A DNA stretch of 64,000 nucleotides from the human T2T-CHM13v2.0 reference genome, Homo sapiens (GCF_009914755.1 NC_060929.1), one strand, 5' to 3'; counted from the stretch's first letter, positions 28,939-43,384 are shown. The notes: generated by a model not told the origin, from the sequence alone. A program made the numbers and translations.

Positions 28939-30479
28939 CCTTCTTGATTTTTAAAAAAACAATCACAATAAACAACAAAACACACACTGAATAAGGTTTA
29001 GGGGCATTTTGCCCGAGGGAGTGGTTGCATATGTGGATTCCAGGGAGTTGATGAGACAGGTCCTCCTTATTTTAAAGGGTGAAGGTGGGCCCTGTTGAGC
29101 CAATTCAGAGACATGGTTGAACATTGCTTTTTGTGTTTTCATTCTCAGACTGTGCAGAACACACATCCCCGACACAGGAGGCGTGGGGTGGATGAGAAGG
29201 AATGCGGAAGTACCTTGGGCTCTTGGAGAACTCTGTGATAAGAAAACTCAAAGAAAAAGAGAGCATCAACCACTTCAGACAACAAACACGGTAAAAATGT
29301 GGTTGGTCCTGCTTATTATTGAGAGCATACTGACAACTACAGATTGCATTTTTAGTGAAAGCAATTGATGCAGAAGCAGTTTTTCAAGGTCAAGACAGAA
29401 AATAAGAAAGACTTATTTGAAGAAATTTGACAGTGGAAGGAGGTTGAGATAGTGCGACCCAGCAACAGTGTGACCCTCACTGTTGAACACCAAAGGCCTG
29501 AGCATATTTGCAGAGATAGGGCAGGATAAAGCAGGCATGCAACCCAAAATGTGTTACGGGCATCTCATACTCTGCTCTCCCTCCCTTCCCATCTCTTTCT
29601 AAAGCATAAACCTGGCCACACAGGGCTGCAGGTGAACCCCAGCGTGATCCCATTGTCTAAGAATCAAGTCCAAGGAAATCTCTGAGTGACCCTAACCCCC
29701 CTCCCTGCTCCAGCCAGCCCATTGTATACTATGACCCAGACTCCAGCGTCCAGTGCAGGGACCATACAAGCACACCCACTAGGGGAGAGGCCCACTCTTG
29801 GCCTGTTTGTCCATCACTCTCAGCTAGGCTGTCCTCTCCCCGACTCCAGGGAGAATTACATCCACACCAGCACCTTCCAGGGCCATCCTACTTGATGTCC
29901 TCCCGGTTCCTCTCCCTCCACATCCATTCCCAGGTCTGTGCTTACTTGGCCTTTGCAGCCCTCCTGGATGACACTCATGTATTTCTGTGAAGCTGTTTCT
30001 GAGCTTGGTTTTGGAGATACTCCGGGTGTGGACTCAGCTGAGGTCCTGTAGGCTCAGAGCCACAGCAACCTGTCCTTCACCCTGAACCTTCAAGAAATGG
30101 GCCCCTCCTGTGCATCACTGGCCACTCGCTCTGCCAGAAGAAAGGTCTCATAGTATCCCAAGCATATGCCCCCCTCAGCCTCCAAAAGCCTCTGGGTTCC
30201 CCTGCAGATCCCCAACTGGGCAAGCCTTCTTCTCATTGGAATTGCTGGGGCCTTCTTTGCAATGACTCTGGATTCCCTGAAGCCCGGTCCTAGGCAGTGC
30301 TCATCTATAACTCAATCCTACCTTGGGTTTCTGAGCTTATTCTTGTCTTGTCTTTAATACTGTGAGACAATAAGTGCTTTAAAAACCTTTGTTAAATAAA
30401 TGAATTCAGCAATGCCCCTGTCTCGTGGCAAGCTAAGCTAAAGAAAACTTGTTAGATTCTGATAATAATATAAATAACA

Positions 30480-30720
30480 ATGATAATAATAACAAATAAC
30501 AGTAAAGCTTACAAAAAAAGTTTATTATGCCAGTCACTGTTCTCAGAGCTCTAAGTCGATTAACAAATTTGATCCTCATCACAATTCTGTGACTTAGGGC
30601 CTATTTTCCTCCCCATTTTACCAATGAGGAAATCGAGTCAAAGAGATAGAGACAGGGTAGTCACTTGAGCAGTTCCACACAGCTTATGAGGAGCCCAGGG
30701 GAGTTTGGACCCAGTCTGCA
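30480..30720 (-). mobile_element. MIR
   Basis: CCCCATTTTACCAATGAGGAAATCGAG antisense MIR core. Confidence 0.8.
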
Positions 30721-31409
30721 CGCTCATTCTGGCTCCAGATAAGGTCAAAATTGAATTTTATTGATCAATTTAAGAGACTCATCATGAAAAGAGACATATA
30801 CTCTCCTGACATAGAAACTGTGGGATGTTAATCATTTTGTGTCTATTGGGCACGTTATTATAACGTTTGGTTTACCTCCACTCAAACTCAAGTGTTTAAG
30901 CAGTCCAAGAGCATTCGATAAGTAGGTGGCAAATAAACGCTCCTATGCTGGGGAAATTGGCTCCAAGAAGATTCATTCTAACTCTGTTTTATCATGTACT
31001 TAGTTTATAATGAAACAGATTGAAAGAAAAAAATGGGAATATTGTTCCGATAACGTATGCTGTATTCATGATCAGAATGCTCTCGTATGAGTTAAATTTA
31101 TCTCCATTGCAGAAGGACCTTTTAGGGAGATACAGAAAGTGAAATAAAAAGAGGAAAGAGGATGCAGAAGTTTATTCAGTGACAAAACCTATGAAGAGTT
31201 CAGCAAATCTAGGCAGGGATGATGCCTCTTTCCTCTCTCTGTGTTTCCAAGCGTAAACACAGGGAAAGCGGCAACTCCTTCCACCACGCCTCTGCCTCTC
31301 TTTTCCTGCTTAATTAATCCTTTTACACCATCAAAAATGGCTTCTGCCTTTTAAGAGGCTATGACATTTTTGATGTTTTCAAAAGGCAACAGGCCCTAGC
31401 GCTCTACTG

Positions 31410-31443
31410 TATCCACTCTATCCACCCTATCCACCCTATCCAC
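31410..31443. repeat. 9-bp tandem repeat (TATCCACCC) about x4
   Basis: TATCCACTC TATCCACCC TATCCACCC TATCCAC. Confidence 0.9.
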
Positions 31444-31909
31444 TTCTGTCTTAATAAAAACAACTAAAGCCTAAGCCAAGTAGGAGTTACAGACATAGAG
31501 CAAAGGAGCTTGGAGAAACAGCTGTAAATGTGTCTCCTCTGTCACAATGAGGGAAGAGTCAGGAACACAGGTGTGAAATGGCTGATTTCAGTTTAACTCT
31601 GACACCTGTGAAGACCAGGACTAAAATCAGTCTAAGGAACATGTTTTCCAGAAGCTGCCAAGTGAAAAGAGGGACGTTCATTCTACTTTTAACTTCTCTG
31701 TTAGTTATAAAGAAGATGCAGTTGGGCTGCAAAACATCCCACTACTTATTTAAGTGTTTTTGATTAGAAACACCCTTTTTGATTTCAGACCTCTCCTTTG
31801 GCAGAATTCATTTGATGATTTTGATCAATTTTTGCCCCGGAGTCACAAGTTTCACACAATGTATTACTATTAATTCTTCTTTCAGTTTCAGTTTGGTAAA
31901 CCAGTAGTC

Positions 31910-32587
31910 TGTAGTATTCTCACTTAATGGCCGGGACATGTTCTGAGAAATGTGTCCTTAGGCGATTTTGTCATTGTGCAAGCATCACAGAGTGCACGCA
32001 CACAAACCTAGACTGTCTAGCTAGCTACATACCTAGGCTATGTAGTCTAACCTACTGCTCCTAGGCTACAAACCTGCACAACACATGACCATACTGAATG
32101 CTATAGGCAATTGTAAAACAATGCTAAGTACCTGTGTATCTAAACATATCTAAACTTACAAAAGGTCCAGTAAGAATATGGTCTGATAATCTTTTCTTTT
32201 TTCTTTCTTTCTTTCTTTCTTTCTTTCTTTTTTTTTTTTTTTTGACAGAGTCTTACTCTGTTGCCCACGCTGGAGTGCTATGGCACGATCTTGGCTCCCT
32301 GCAACCTCCACCTCCAGGATTCAAGTGATTCTCCTGCTTCAGCCTCCTGAGTAGCTTGAATTACAGGCGCATGCCATCACGCCCAGCTAATTTTTGTATT
32401 TATAGTAGAGATACGGTTTCTCCATGTTGGTCAGGCTGGTCTTGAACTCCTGACCTTGTGATCCATCCGCCTCAACCTCCCAAGGTGCTGGGATTATAGT
32501 CGTGAGTCACTGCACCCAGCCTGTGGTCTGATAATCTTACCAGACAGCTCTGATATATGCGGTCCCTCCTTATGTGACACATGACTG
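31910..32587 (+). mobile_element. Tigger3a (TcMar-Tigger) interrupted by an Alu
   Basis: GTTCTGAGAAATGTGTCCTTAGGCGATTTTGTCATTGTGC...GCTCCTAGGCTACAAACCTG...CACATGACTG. Confidence 0.85.
32194..32521 (-). mobile_element. AluSg/Sc in Tigger3a
   Basis: (CTTT)n tail; TSD TGGTCTGATAATCTT at 32179-32193 and 32524-32538. Confidence 0.95.
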
Positions 32588-34247
32588 CATTGATGCTGAT
32601 GATGGAAGCTTAGGTTTACTAGGCCTGAATCCAGGGTGGCTGGCTCAGTTTTGATGGCTGAATTGACTCGATGATTCGTTTGCAATTCAATGAGGAAAAG
32701 TTAACCCTCTCAGCCTTTCTCCTCAGGCTGTCCTGAGGCAGCCCCTCAGAAGTTCACCACATGGAGAAGCAGCAGCAGGGATTTCTCCTTTAAACACATT
32801 AATCTCCTATTTTGGGTTAATGCCCTCAGTCTTCTCTGACCTGAAGTACATTTTTCCAAGCAGCAATCACTGTAAGATTCTGAGAAAGATGCTTTCTGCC
32901 TTTGCTGAGTTTCCAAAAGGCAGCTGTTCTTTGAACATGGAGTCTGATGGAACCCTCTCACCCCAAAGTAACACCTGCCTCCTCTTACCTCCTCCTCCTC
33001 CTGCCAGAACCCCACCCTCCAGAGCCCAAGCTGCAGCATGGTGGAGGTGGAGCTGTGGGCACAGTAATTGCTGCAGGCCAGACCCCACCTCCCCACAGGT
33101 GGAAAGCTCTTCAGTCCCAAGTGCCCAAACCCCCTTCATTTGAGTTGTTGTTTGTTTTTGTTTTTATTTTGATTTTTAAATAAATGCTGATTTATTGTCA
33201 CACTCAAATTGCCTGTCAACTTAGCAACTTCAGTTTTAAATCATTGTTTCTGCCTACCAATCTAGATGCAATTGATAAATGTGAGAATATTCTGGAAACA
33301 ATCAGCCTAACAATTATTGTGCTGTCTTTGCTTTCAATTATCTAAAGGAAAACATCCCATGATATCAAAAATTAGGATGTCCTATGAGTTTTCACTGCAG
33401 ACTCTACTGAAAGCTCATTTTGAAAGTGTCTAGGCTGATCAAAGTTCTGCATGCATTCCCATTAAGAATCTGTGTTATCAAGGTTAGATAAATTAGATAT
33501 CATTTTCCTTAACTGCTCAGCTTTACAAACTATTTATAAAGCAAACACCAGGCATCTATCAATATCAGAAATTATATGAAGAGATTTCCGCACTTGGGTT
33601 GCCAGAACAAGCCAGAGAAAACATTATTTGAGAATAGTGGCATCCCATAGAAAACTCCCAAAATCATCCACTCTAAAAAAAATTCCTGCACTCATATTTG
33701 GTGTGTATGTCACAAAAATAATATTCTACTTTTATTGGCATCATTGGTTTCCTATATTTTCTAGAAACCTATCCCTGTAATTCATTCTATCATTTCTTTT
33801 TTTCCAAATTCATAGCAACATCCTCATTAAGTGCACTAATTCTACTGTGACATGCAGTTGGCAGAACTGTGATTTTAGTAGAACGGTAGACTGATTCTTA
33901 GATAAAAATGGTTCAAAATTTCTGTAATTCTGGGGCTTTAAGAGTTGTTGAGAATCATCTTATCCACGGTTGTCATTCAGCAGGTGAGAACCCGAGGTCT
34001 GGAGAAGTGGCCATTTCAGACCCCCCAGTAGGGAATTGTGGGGCCCAGGAGGGCCTAGAACTCACGAGTATTCAGAGTCACAGGTGTGTTACCTAGGGGA
34101 CATAAAAGAAATATGACAAGCCTCAGGTACTGTAGTGTGTGTGTGTGTCCACAAAGAGGAGGCAAGCAGGGGCCACGTGGAGGGAGCTTCCCATGGAGTG
34201 GCAATTGCTCCCCCAAGAGCTCCTGCAGAAAATGCGGGACAGTCAGC

Positions 34248-34323
34248 ATTCTGGGTTGAAATGCCGGTATTCTGGGTTGAATTGTCAGAGTTCTGGGTTG
34301 AATTGTCAGTGATCTGGATTGAA
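34248..34323. repeat. 21-bp minisatellite, about 3.6 copies (TTCTGGGTTGAATTGTCAG core)
   Basis: ATTCTGGGTTGAAATGCCGGT / ATTCTGGGTTGAATTGTCAGA / GTTCTGGGTTGAATTGTCAGT / GATCTGGATTGAA. Confidence 0.9.
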
Positions 34324-34330
34324 TTTTTAA

Positions 34331-34718
34331 TGTTCTGCATTGAGCTGTGTTCTCCCCAAATGTATTTGTTAAAGTCCTAACCCCCAATGCCTCCGAATGT
34401 TTTCTTATTTGGAGATAGGATTTTTAGATGGGTATCAAGTTAAAACGAGGTCATCTGGGCAGGCCCTAATCAGATACCACTGGTTTTTTATAGGAGGGGG
34501 AAATCTGGACACAGACACACGCAGAGGGAGGACCATGTGAGGAGACACAGGGAGAAGACAACCAAGGAGAGAGGCCTGGAACAGAGCATTCAATCATAGC
34601 CCTCAGAGGGAACCAGCCCTGCTGACACCTTGATCTTGGACTTCCAGCCTCCTGAGCTGCTGGAAGTGCTGAGCCCAATTGTGATGGTTTGTTATAATGG
34701 CCCTAGCAAACTAACACA
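34331..34718 (+). mobile_element. MLT1B MaLR LTR
   Basis: AAGTCCTAACCCCCA...GGAACCAGCCCTGCTGACACCTTGATCTTGGACTTCCAGCCTCC...GCCCTAGCAAACTAACACA. Confidence 0.88.
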
Positions 34719-34883
34719 ACTCGGTTAAAAGGCTATTCGCTATGGGATAAGAATGAAAAATAGGAAAGGAGAAATTGTAGAGAGCCTTGCCTTTTAATAT
34801 AATACACATCATCATCCTCTACATGTTAGGGGGCCATGGAAGGTTACTCAGCAGGGCTGTAAGTGCTTGAACATGCATTAAAA

Positions 34884-35078
34884 TTATCTATATCTACATA
34901 TCTCTATCTATCTATCTAATATACATATATCTATCTAATATACATGTAATATATGTATATTATATATTGTATATTAATATGTGTATATAATACATGTATA
35001 ATATCTATATATTATACATGTAATATGCATACACATATGTGATGTGTGTGTGTGTGTGTTTGTGTGTGTATCTATATA
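34884..35078. repeat. (TATC)/(TA)/(TG) low-complexity repeat
   Basis: Read directly from the sequence. Confidence 0.9.
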
Positions 35079-36284
35079 CTCTCCTTCAGCAATATAGAGC
35101 TGACTTTAAAAGGTGTGCACTCAAGACAGGCAGTCCTTCAAAATTAAAGCAATATTTCAGGCAAATTATTATAGAAGGAGGAGGAACAGGTGAGATTCTG
35201 GAAGAAGAAGCTCAACAGGGGATACCTGGGTGTCTGGAGTGAGCAACTCAGCAGGGAGACTAGACATTGGAATAGACATAAAGAGAAGATACAAATAGAG
35301 TAGAAAGAGGGAGCTGGAGGAAGCAGATAGAGCCCAGGTGTGCAAGCCTTGGGTTTCAGATGCTAAGCTATGGTGCTTCCAGGCCTGGAGTTCACGAGAA
35401 ACATCCAAGATGAAGACAACAGAGATGTTGATGGGAGTTAATAGCAGATTGATGGTTGTGAGGCTGTGGCATGAAGAGAGTTGATCCAGGGACAGAACTT
35501 GGAGGCTGGTTAAGAGGAAACCAGATACATCCCCTGGGGAAGTGAGCTGAAGGCAGAGAATGAGGAGTCAGTCCAGGAGGCGGATGCAGTCTTGGAGGGA
35601 AGACAAGGAGAGAGAACGAGGCCAGGCACTGAACCTTTGAATAACTTTCTTCTTTAGAAACTTGCCAATGACTGGCGTCATTTATTCACCTATTTGTACA
35701 AAACTCAAGCAGCAAACATGGAAGTATGCACTGAAGTCCAGGAAATGATTAAATTCTGTTAGCTTTCTTAGCTCATTAGTTTCTCCTAGATGGGTCCAGA
35801 TGTATCGGGGTCTTTCCAGTCATCAACTTTCCAAATTTGTTTTTTTCATCTTCAAAGTATCTGAAAGCTCTCTTATTGACATAGTTTAGTGTAGTTTAGC
35901 AAATATAGAAACCATTCTACAGGCTCAGGGTAGGTTTATTTACAGATTCTTGAAGGGTTTGAAAATTCATATCAGCCATAAACATTGATATGTTGGTGAT
36001 GGTTAAACAGATGATTGCCTTTTATTGTTGTAATAAACATTTTTGAAGTAATTATCTTTCTATAAAAAGTAAATACACTCATAACTATGAAAAAACAGTC
36101 ATATTTGAATGTGGCTTTAAATAAGTATATTATAAAATTTATATTTTATGTGCTATTTTCATCATGCAGGTTATACAGAAACTATGATTTCACTGTTTCA
36201 GCTATTTCCCTAGTTTTATTTTTATTCCCTGTAAAGCTGGTATTTCAGGTCTTGAGGGACAAAAAAAAATACTTGTTAAAATAG

Positions 36285-36405
36285 AGCTGTCTGGTCCCAC
36301 CCTGCCCTATTGAATCAGGATTCTTGAGAGAGAGGGGATAGGCATCTCTATTTGTAATTAGCTCTCTTAGATACCTTCTACTTACCACAATGTTTGAGAA
36401 TATTG
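36285..36405. mobile_element. MER5-family hAT fragment
   Basis: CCCACCC...TGAATCAGGATTCTTG...GCATCTCTATTTGTAA...GTTTGAGAATATTG. Confidence 0.55.
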
Positions 36406-38649
36406 GCTTTTAGAGATAAAAATATGGCCTGGAAAAATAGTAAAACTATGACACCGTAGCTTTCACATGACCTGTCTCCATTGCAGAAGGATAGACACTT
36501 ACTACTCATCCCAAATTTGAGAATTGTGGCCATGAAGAAATGCAGTGCTCGTCGAGCTTGCTGAAACTGACAGCTTTCACATAATATATGGCTTTTCTAA
36601 GTGCATGACAAGCATGGGTGCCTCTAGCAGACACGTGGGCCACAAGTAAAATAAGATACTTGAATGGTCCATTCAGGGCATCTGAGCTCTGAAATGAGAA
36701 TAAGAATCAAATTAACAGCAGCAACAGGCACCGGCCTTTTTTGAGGTGGCCCCATGTTCTGGGGCCCACATCATCCCGTGGATGTCCATACGTGGCTCAT
36801 CGTGGACTCTCCCAGGGAGTTCTCAGGTCCCTGTATGCTCCCCAGACCCCAGCTCCTGCTACAGGCTGTGGTCTGTGCATCACTGTGGAACACCCAGACT
36901 CTGGGCCTCCCCTCACTCTGCATGCTCACATTGGCTCTTTCTGTCTCTGTGTAACTATCTGTCAGACATTGGTCTAGAAAGCCTCATCCAGCCGGCTCTG
37001 TTACTTGCTCCCTAGAATAGGGCTATCTGCAAATATTCTCCCTGCCAGTGTGTCTATTAGGTACTTTGTTATTTCCCCAATCTCCAGGCATCTTTATTCT
37101 TCATCTGTATTCCTCCTTTAATTTTATGAAGTTTCTTATCACTTGTCTAGCAAAGAGTAGGAAGAAACTGGAAAGTCAGAAATAATCACATCTTTCCTAC
37201 TCCCAGGTGAATTTTTACAATGGTTAGGAGAGGAGGCACAGCCCCACTGGAACACTCAGTCATCCAAGGTTGTTCTTAATCCTATAATTGGCAGTCACAC
37301 CTTACAAAGGCGCAAAATTTCTCTTCTGCAATCAATGCAAAGTATATTTGGAAAGAATTCTCTCCACATCTTCCAAAGACACAGGGACAATCAATGCCCT
37401 TCAGTCTTAGGTGCTGAGCAAGCGCATGTCACCGACTATGGAAGACTCAGTCTCATGACAGTGGGGACAGAACATGACTGCACGGCTGTCACCCCCACCT
37501 CCGTCTGGTGCATATGGACGTCATGTCCATGCCTCTGATGGGCCTGATAAGCATGAGTGTGGTTTACTGGTGAGTGGGATGATGAAACCCGTCACACAGA
37601 AGTTTACCCTGTCTGAATGTGTAACTGAAAATAATTTTGGAGAAAAAGAGCACATAAACAAATGTTTTCCACTGATAGCAAAAGAAGTAAACGTGTCTGG
37701 AAATGTTAGAGAATGCTTCCAACAAATAAAGAAGAAAACCCTGGGGAACCCCTGGTTAGCAGTTTGGGTGACAACAGCATGCATGAGGCTGTGGGTGGCA
37801 GCCAGAGAAACCCAACACAAACCAGCACACGCTTCAGGGAACTGATGGGTTCCAGGCTCCAGGAAGGAAGGGCACCCTCATGTGGGACAGGGTGACCCCA
37901 GCTCTGTGGCTCTGGCATGTTGCTGGGTCCTTCCTCAGGCTGACTGCCGCCATCTGGTTTGAGCACAGGTATTTACACCAGCGAGCAACTCTATAGGAGG
38001 AACGTACTCCTCCCCTTGGATTCTTGCTTAGAAATCCTAAGAGAAGACGCCAGTAGCCCAGCATGCCCCTGAAAATGATCCTTGGGGCAGCTTCTGCCAG
38101 GTGTGATGCCTGGACCTCTTTATTAGAGGCACAGAAGTGAAGCTCTGCAGAGATGGCAGATGCCTAGCCTGGCCAAGTGGAGGCGATGAGGGCTCCTGCA
38201 GGCACTGCCACCCACACCCACTGAAATGTCATTGAAAGAAAACCCAAGTCATTGCCATCGAATCACAGAAGTCACCAACTAATATTAGGAGTCTAGAGCA
38301 TTCAGAAATTTTCACCTAGTCTTCTTCACTTTTGAGGATACTCAAAATCACAGGAAACCTGAAATGATGTAGCGATTCATCAGATTACACTATGAGATGT
38401 TTAACAAGAATCAGAATAGAAAAACCAATGATTATATTTATAGACCATAACATTTTTTTCTTTTTTTTTTTATAATGCCCATATCTTGACTAAGCAAATG
38501 ACATTTTACAGCTAATGAACCAACCGATCTTTAATTTTATTTTCCCTAGTCAGGAGGAACATGTGTCTTCAAGGGGCTGTGGTCACACAACGTGAGGAGA
38601 TTCTGAAGGTGCTGGCACTAAGGTTGGCAATTCAGGCACGATGGGACAT

Positions 38650-38810
38650 TTAATCCCATCAGCCCCTTATGGAGTGTGCATGAGACCCATTTTACGGATG
38701 GAGATATTGAGTCTTGGGGAGAGGTTAGGTTAGTTGTCTGGCAGAGCAGCCTGCATGGTGCTGAGTGCTTAACTACCTTCATTTACATCTGGGCTCCTGA
38801 CCCTGTCATG
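38650..38810 (-). mobile_element. MIR fragment
   Basis: CCCATTTTACGGATGGAGATATTGAG...GAGAGGTTAG. Confidence 0.65.
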
Positions 38811-39141
38811 CTGTCATCCAGGGTGGTTACCCCTCATGCAATTCCCCAGCATCACTGGCCGCTCCCTACCTCATTTGATGCCTGTACAGCCTAAATTCCA
38901 GGCAGCAGGTGGGAGGACCGCATATCTGCAGTGGAGAGGGACACATCGTGTAGGCACGATGGGAGCAGCTCAGATCTTTGGATATCCCAGGTTCAGTTGG
39001 AGCTTCCTGGAAATCCAAAGTCAGTGGCCTAGCAGGGAATGCCAGGCAGCCACTCAGACCTGGACAGGCAGCCTGGGCAAAGGCCCCATGTGGCTGAAGC
39101 AGGGCTGGGTCAGGAAACAGAGACCGGAAAGAAATAACCTA

Positions 39142-39634
<493 letters not shown>

Positions 39635-40500
39635 TTAAATATATAATTTTAACTTGTATCCTAGTTGGTTCAGTAACTTAAAAATCAGCTCACTGGGAAC
39701 CATGGGCCCAGCACCATTTGCATTTTCAGCGCCTTCAATCAATGACTGAGCAATGGAGACTCATGAAGAACTAGCTACATTAACTTCTGAATTCTAAAGT
39801 GTCTTCTGCTTATTTTCAGAAAGGTGTTATCTGAATCTCTAAATACAAGCTCCTCCTGACAGAATTCCTTCAATTTCCTTCAGAACCTGGAGGGAATCTG
39901 TGCCCTGGGATGCCTGGAAGTTGGAGGAAGGATTGTTTCTGCAGTTCCTCCTGTCCACGCCACCGTTCCCCTTCTCACCCCAACAACAGGCCCTCACTAC
40001 CTCCATCCTTCCCTTCCAGGGTTAGACACCTGCACCAGCATCCCATGTCATCCATATCTGTACCCTGCGCCTTTCCTAGGAACTGACAGAGCAGTCTGGA
40101 TTTATCGCACAAATTCCATCAAATTATTTTTTTTTTAATTTTCGGTTAATCACCTTGGCAGTCCTGAGGCAGGAACCATGACTATCTCACATCAGGTACA
40201 GGTGTGTCTTAAATGGACAAATAGATGGGTCAAATGTTAAGCTTTGTTTAAGGATTTTCAATACCACACTAATTTGAAATAAAGTGTATTCTTCAAGATA
40301 AATAAAGAGTTAGAGAGATCTAGCCTAATCATTGACACAGGAAATAGAGGTGTTTATCTAAAATGTTTGAAAGAACATGCTGGAGATAAGCAACTGAACA
40401 AGGTATTTTCAACCCCGGAAAAGTGGACAACTCTAATTATCAATGGGTTCAGCAAGCATTTACGAGCCCTGGGGATGGAGATGCAAAATGAGCTAAGCGT

Positions 40501-40856
40501 TGCCAGGGACTGAACAGTGTCCCCACAACATTCATATGCTCAAGCTCTATCTGGAGACAGGATCTTTAGCAATGTAGTTAAGTTAAATGAGTCCTAAGAA
40601 TGAGGCCCCTATTAATAGGCCTCTAGCCTTTGTAAGAATAGGAAGAGAAAGAGATCGTTTTTCTGTCTCCACCATGTGAGGACACAGTGAGAAGGGGACT
40701 ATCTGTAAGCCAGGAAGGGGTTCTTACTGGAACCTGACCATGCTAGCATCCTGATCCCAAAATTCCAGTCTGCAGAGCTGTGACAACATAAACATTTGTC
40801 CTTTGAGCCTTCCAGTCTGTGAGATTTAGTTATAACAGACTCAGCAGACTAATGCG
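40501..40856 (+). mobile_element. MLT1A/A0 MaLR LTR
   Basis: CACCATGTGAGGACACAGTGAGAAG...GCCAGGAAG...GAACCTGACCATGCT...GACTAA. Confidence 0.85.
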
Positions 40857-42046
40857 GCATCCTTGCTCTGGGTAGCAAAGTCTCAGCTCAAAATTTCTCT
40901 GCAATGGCAAAGCTTCCCCATTTTGCTCCCTTCTCTGCATTTTTGGCATGTGGAATAAAACCCGGCCATACCCATGAGACACATGCCCAGCAGTCCTGTC
41001 CCTCTTCAGGGCTTGTAGTATCTTAAGCATACCCTCCTGATGAAACACCATAGTTACAGCTTTTTACCTTAAATCATTATCTGATGTATCCTACTCACCA
41101 AACTCAGAAGATAGTTTTGCTTCTGAAAAATATTATATTTTGCATTGTTTTTAATTAAGGCTGGCATAGAGATTGCCACAAACTGTTGCTCTCACCCTGC
41201 TCTGTGGCACTTAACAAATAATTGGATGTGTAAATTGCTTCAATGCTGATATTCTCTTTCCTGTGAACCACAAATGATTATCAAATGTGTTGAGGATACT
41301 AATGAAGAATGAATTTTTCCTTCTCTTCATGGAAAATCGCATTAGGTGTAATTGGATAAAACCAAGGATAAACAATCAATCATTCCTCATTTGGGATCAG
41401 GTTGACACTGAGATCATTAGACACTGAACAGGGCATCACTTCTGCCTCTGCAGTGGGCGCCGTGGCTCAGCACATGGTCGGTGAAACCCTGAAGATTTTC
41501 GTTGAAGGCATTAGAGTTGAGATAGCAGAATTGAAAATTACTTTTAGAAGTCCTCATTAGAAAAACAAGTATTCCATGGAAAAAAAATGTTTCCTAAATG
41601 AGACAAATTCAATTTACCATCTCTTCTCTATTATTTGTACAGAGGTGATACACGGTGTCAGGTGGTGTTTGTGGCATAGACAGAAAATGCACTGTGTTGT
41701 TTGCAGAACAAGATGGTCAGTGGGACACTTGTGAGTTCTCCAGATTCCACCCTCTTTCTCCTGTGACCCTGGTGAACTGAAAAGTGTAACTGCTTCACCT
41801 CACCATCGTGCAGGTCAGGCATTGGATCCAGGTGTAGCTCATCTAATACGCTAGGGATGCTGCAAAAATGAATGCTGCTCACATTCTGAGCAGCTGAGGC
41901 TCTCCACAGAATGTTGCTGGACACCACCCAGAGGATTTCCCTACAGCCAAGAGCCCCGACCTGATGGAAAATGTTCACCTGTGCCCACTGTTCTTTACTC
42001 AAATAAAAGAGTTGACAAATCCAGAATGAAAGAGCTGGAACAACAC

Positions 42047-42410
42047 TATATTGGTCCATTATTATACTGATATGAAGAAATATCCGAGACTACATAATTT
42101 ATGAAGAAAAAGAGGTTTAATGGACTCACAGTCACACATGACTGGGGAGGTCTCACAATCACGGGGGAAGGCAAACAAGGAGTAAAGTCACGTCTTACAT
42201 GGCAGCAGGCAAGAGAGCATGTCCCAGGGAACTGCCCTTTATAAAACCATCAGATCTCATAAGACTTATTCATTATCATGAGAACAGCATGAAAAAAACT
42301 CACCCCAGTGATTCAATTATCTCCCACCGGGTCCCTCCCATGACTCATGGGGATTATGGGAGCTACAAATCAAGATGAGATTTGTGTGGGGACACAGTCA
42401 AACAAGATTA
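42047..42410 (-). mobile_element. THE1C/D solo LTR
   Basis: AAGAAAAAGAGGTTTAATGGACTCACAG...ATAAAACCATCAGATCTC...GAGATTTGTGTGGGGACACAG; flanks AACAC/GACAC. Confidence 0.9.
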
Positions 42411-42959
42411 GACACTAATAGATGACTTTGGCCTAATGTCCCCATTTCTGTTTACAGAAGCTGAGCCTCAGAAGGATCAATTGTCTGGTTCATGGCTACA
42501 GAGAAACCTGGTAGAAGAGCCCTACAGAGATGGCTATTCAGATTCTGTACACACTGCCAGGGCTTTTGGAGTGGGCTCATGTTTCCAAGCTATGCATATC
42601 TGAGTGGCAAGACAGAAACTATCTTCTATAATTCAATGTGCTATTACACCACACCCCATTCAGACAGAAATGTATAATCCAGCCACCTCCAGAAAACCTG
42701 GTCTAACTGTGGATTATTCAGACCTTTTGGGTCTCAACCAAATTAATTTAGGAAAAGAGTTCTAGGCCTCCTATTTTCTCCATTCCCAGAAGACCTTACA
42801 GGTCTCTCGAATGAAGTGGGAGGAGCAGGACCTGTCTCTAGTTTCCATCTCCCTTGCTGTCCTCTACTGCACCAGGCCTCCAGTCCTGCTGAGATGGTGG
42901 CTCAGGTCACCATAGCTTTACTCATGAATAAGCGTATGTGCTTGCACCTTTCTAAGAGC

Positions 42960-43140
42960 TGGACTCAAGTTATCACTCTCAGCCAACATCCACCTGGAAG
43001 ACAGGACTTTTACTATGCTCTTTGTGCCATGGAGACAGGGGTTAAATAATTTGCCCAAGGCCACACAGAATAAGGAGGAGGTGGTGCTGAGATTCAGACA
43101 CCACCTTTGGACTCTAGAACTCATACCCTTAACCACAAAG
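42960..43140 (-). mobile_element. MIR fragment
   Basis: GGTTAAATAATTTGCCCAAGGCCACACAG...GAGATTCAGAC...GACTCTAGA. Confidence 0.7.
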
Positions 43141-43384
43141 TTATGGGGCTTCCTAACCCCATCCCCAGCAATGCTCTTCTCATCTAGATAACCAGCTGCC
43201 TCTCAGCCATGTCCCGATGTGCGGAGGATTGGGGAATTTTCAGTGTCCCCAGTATTCCCATGCACATCTACAGAGGAAACAGAGACTTTGCCTTGGACTT
43301 TTCTGGCCCCTGTCATCCCTCTGGTCTGTTTTTCTCACTGCTCTCACTTCACAGGGACATTTGGAAACTTTTATCAAGGATCAC

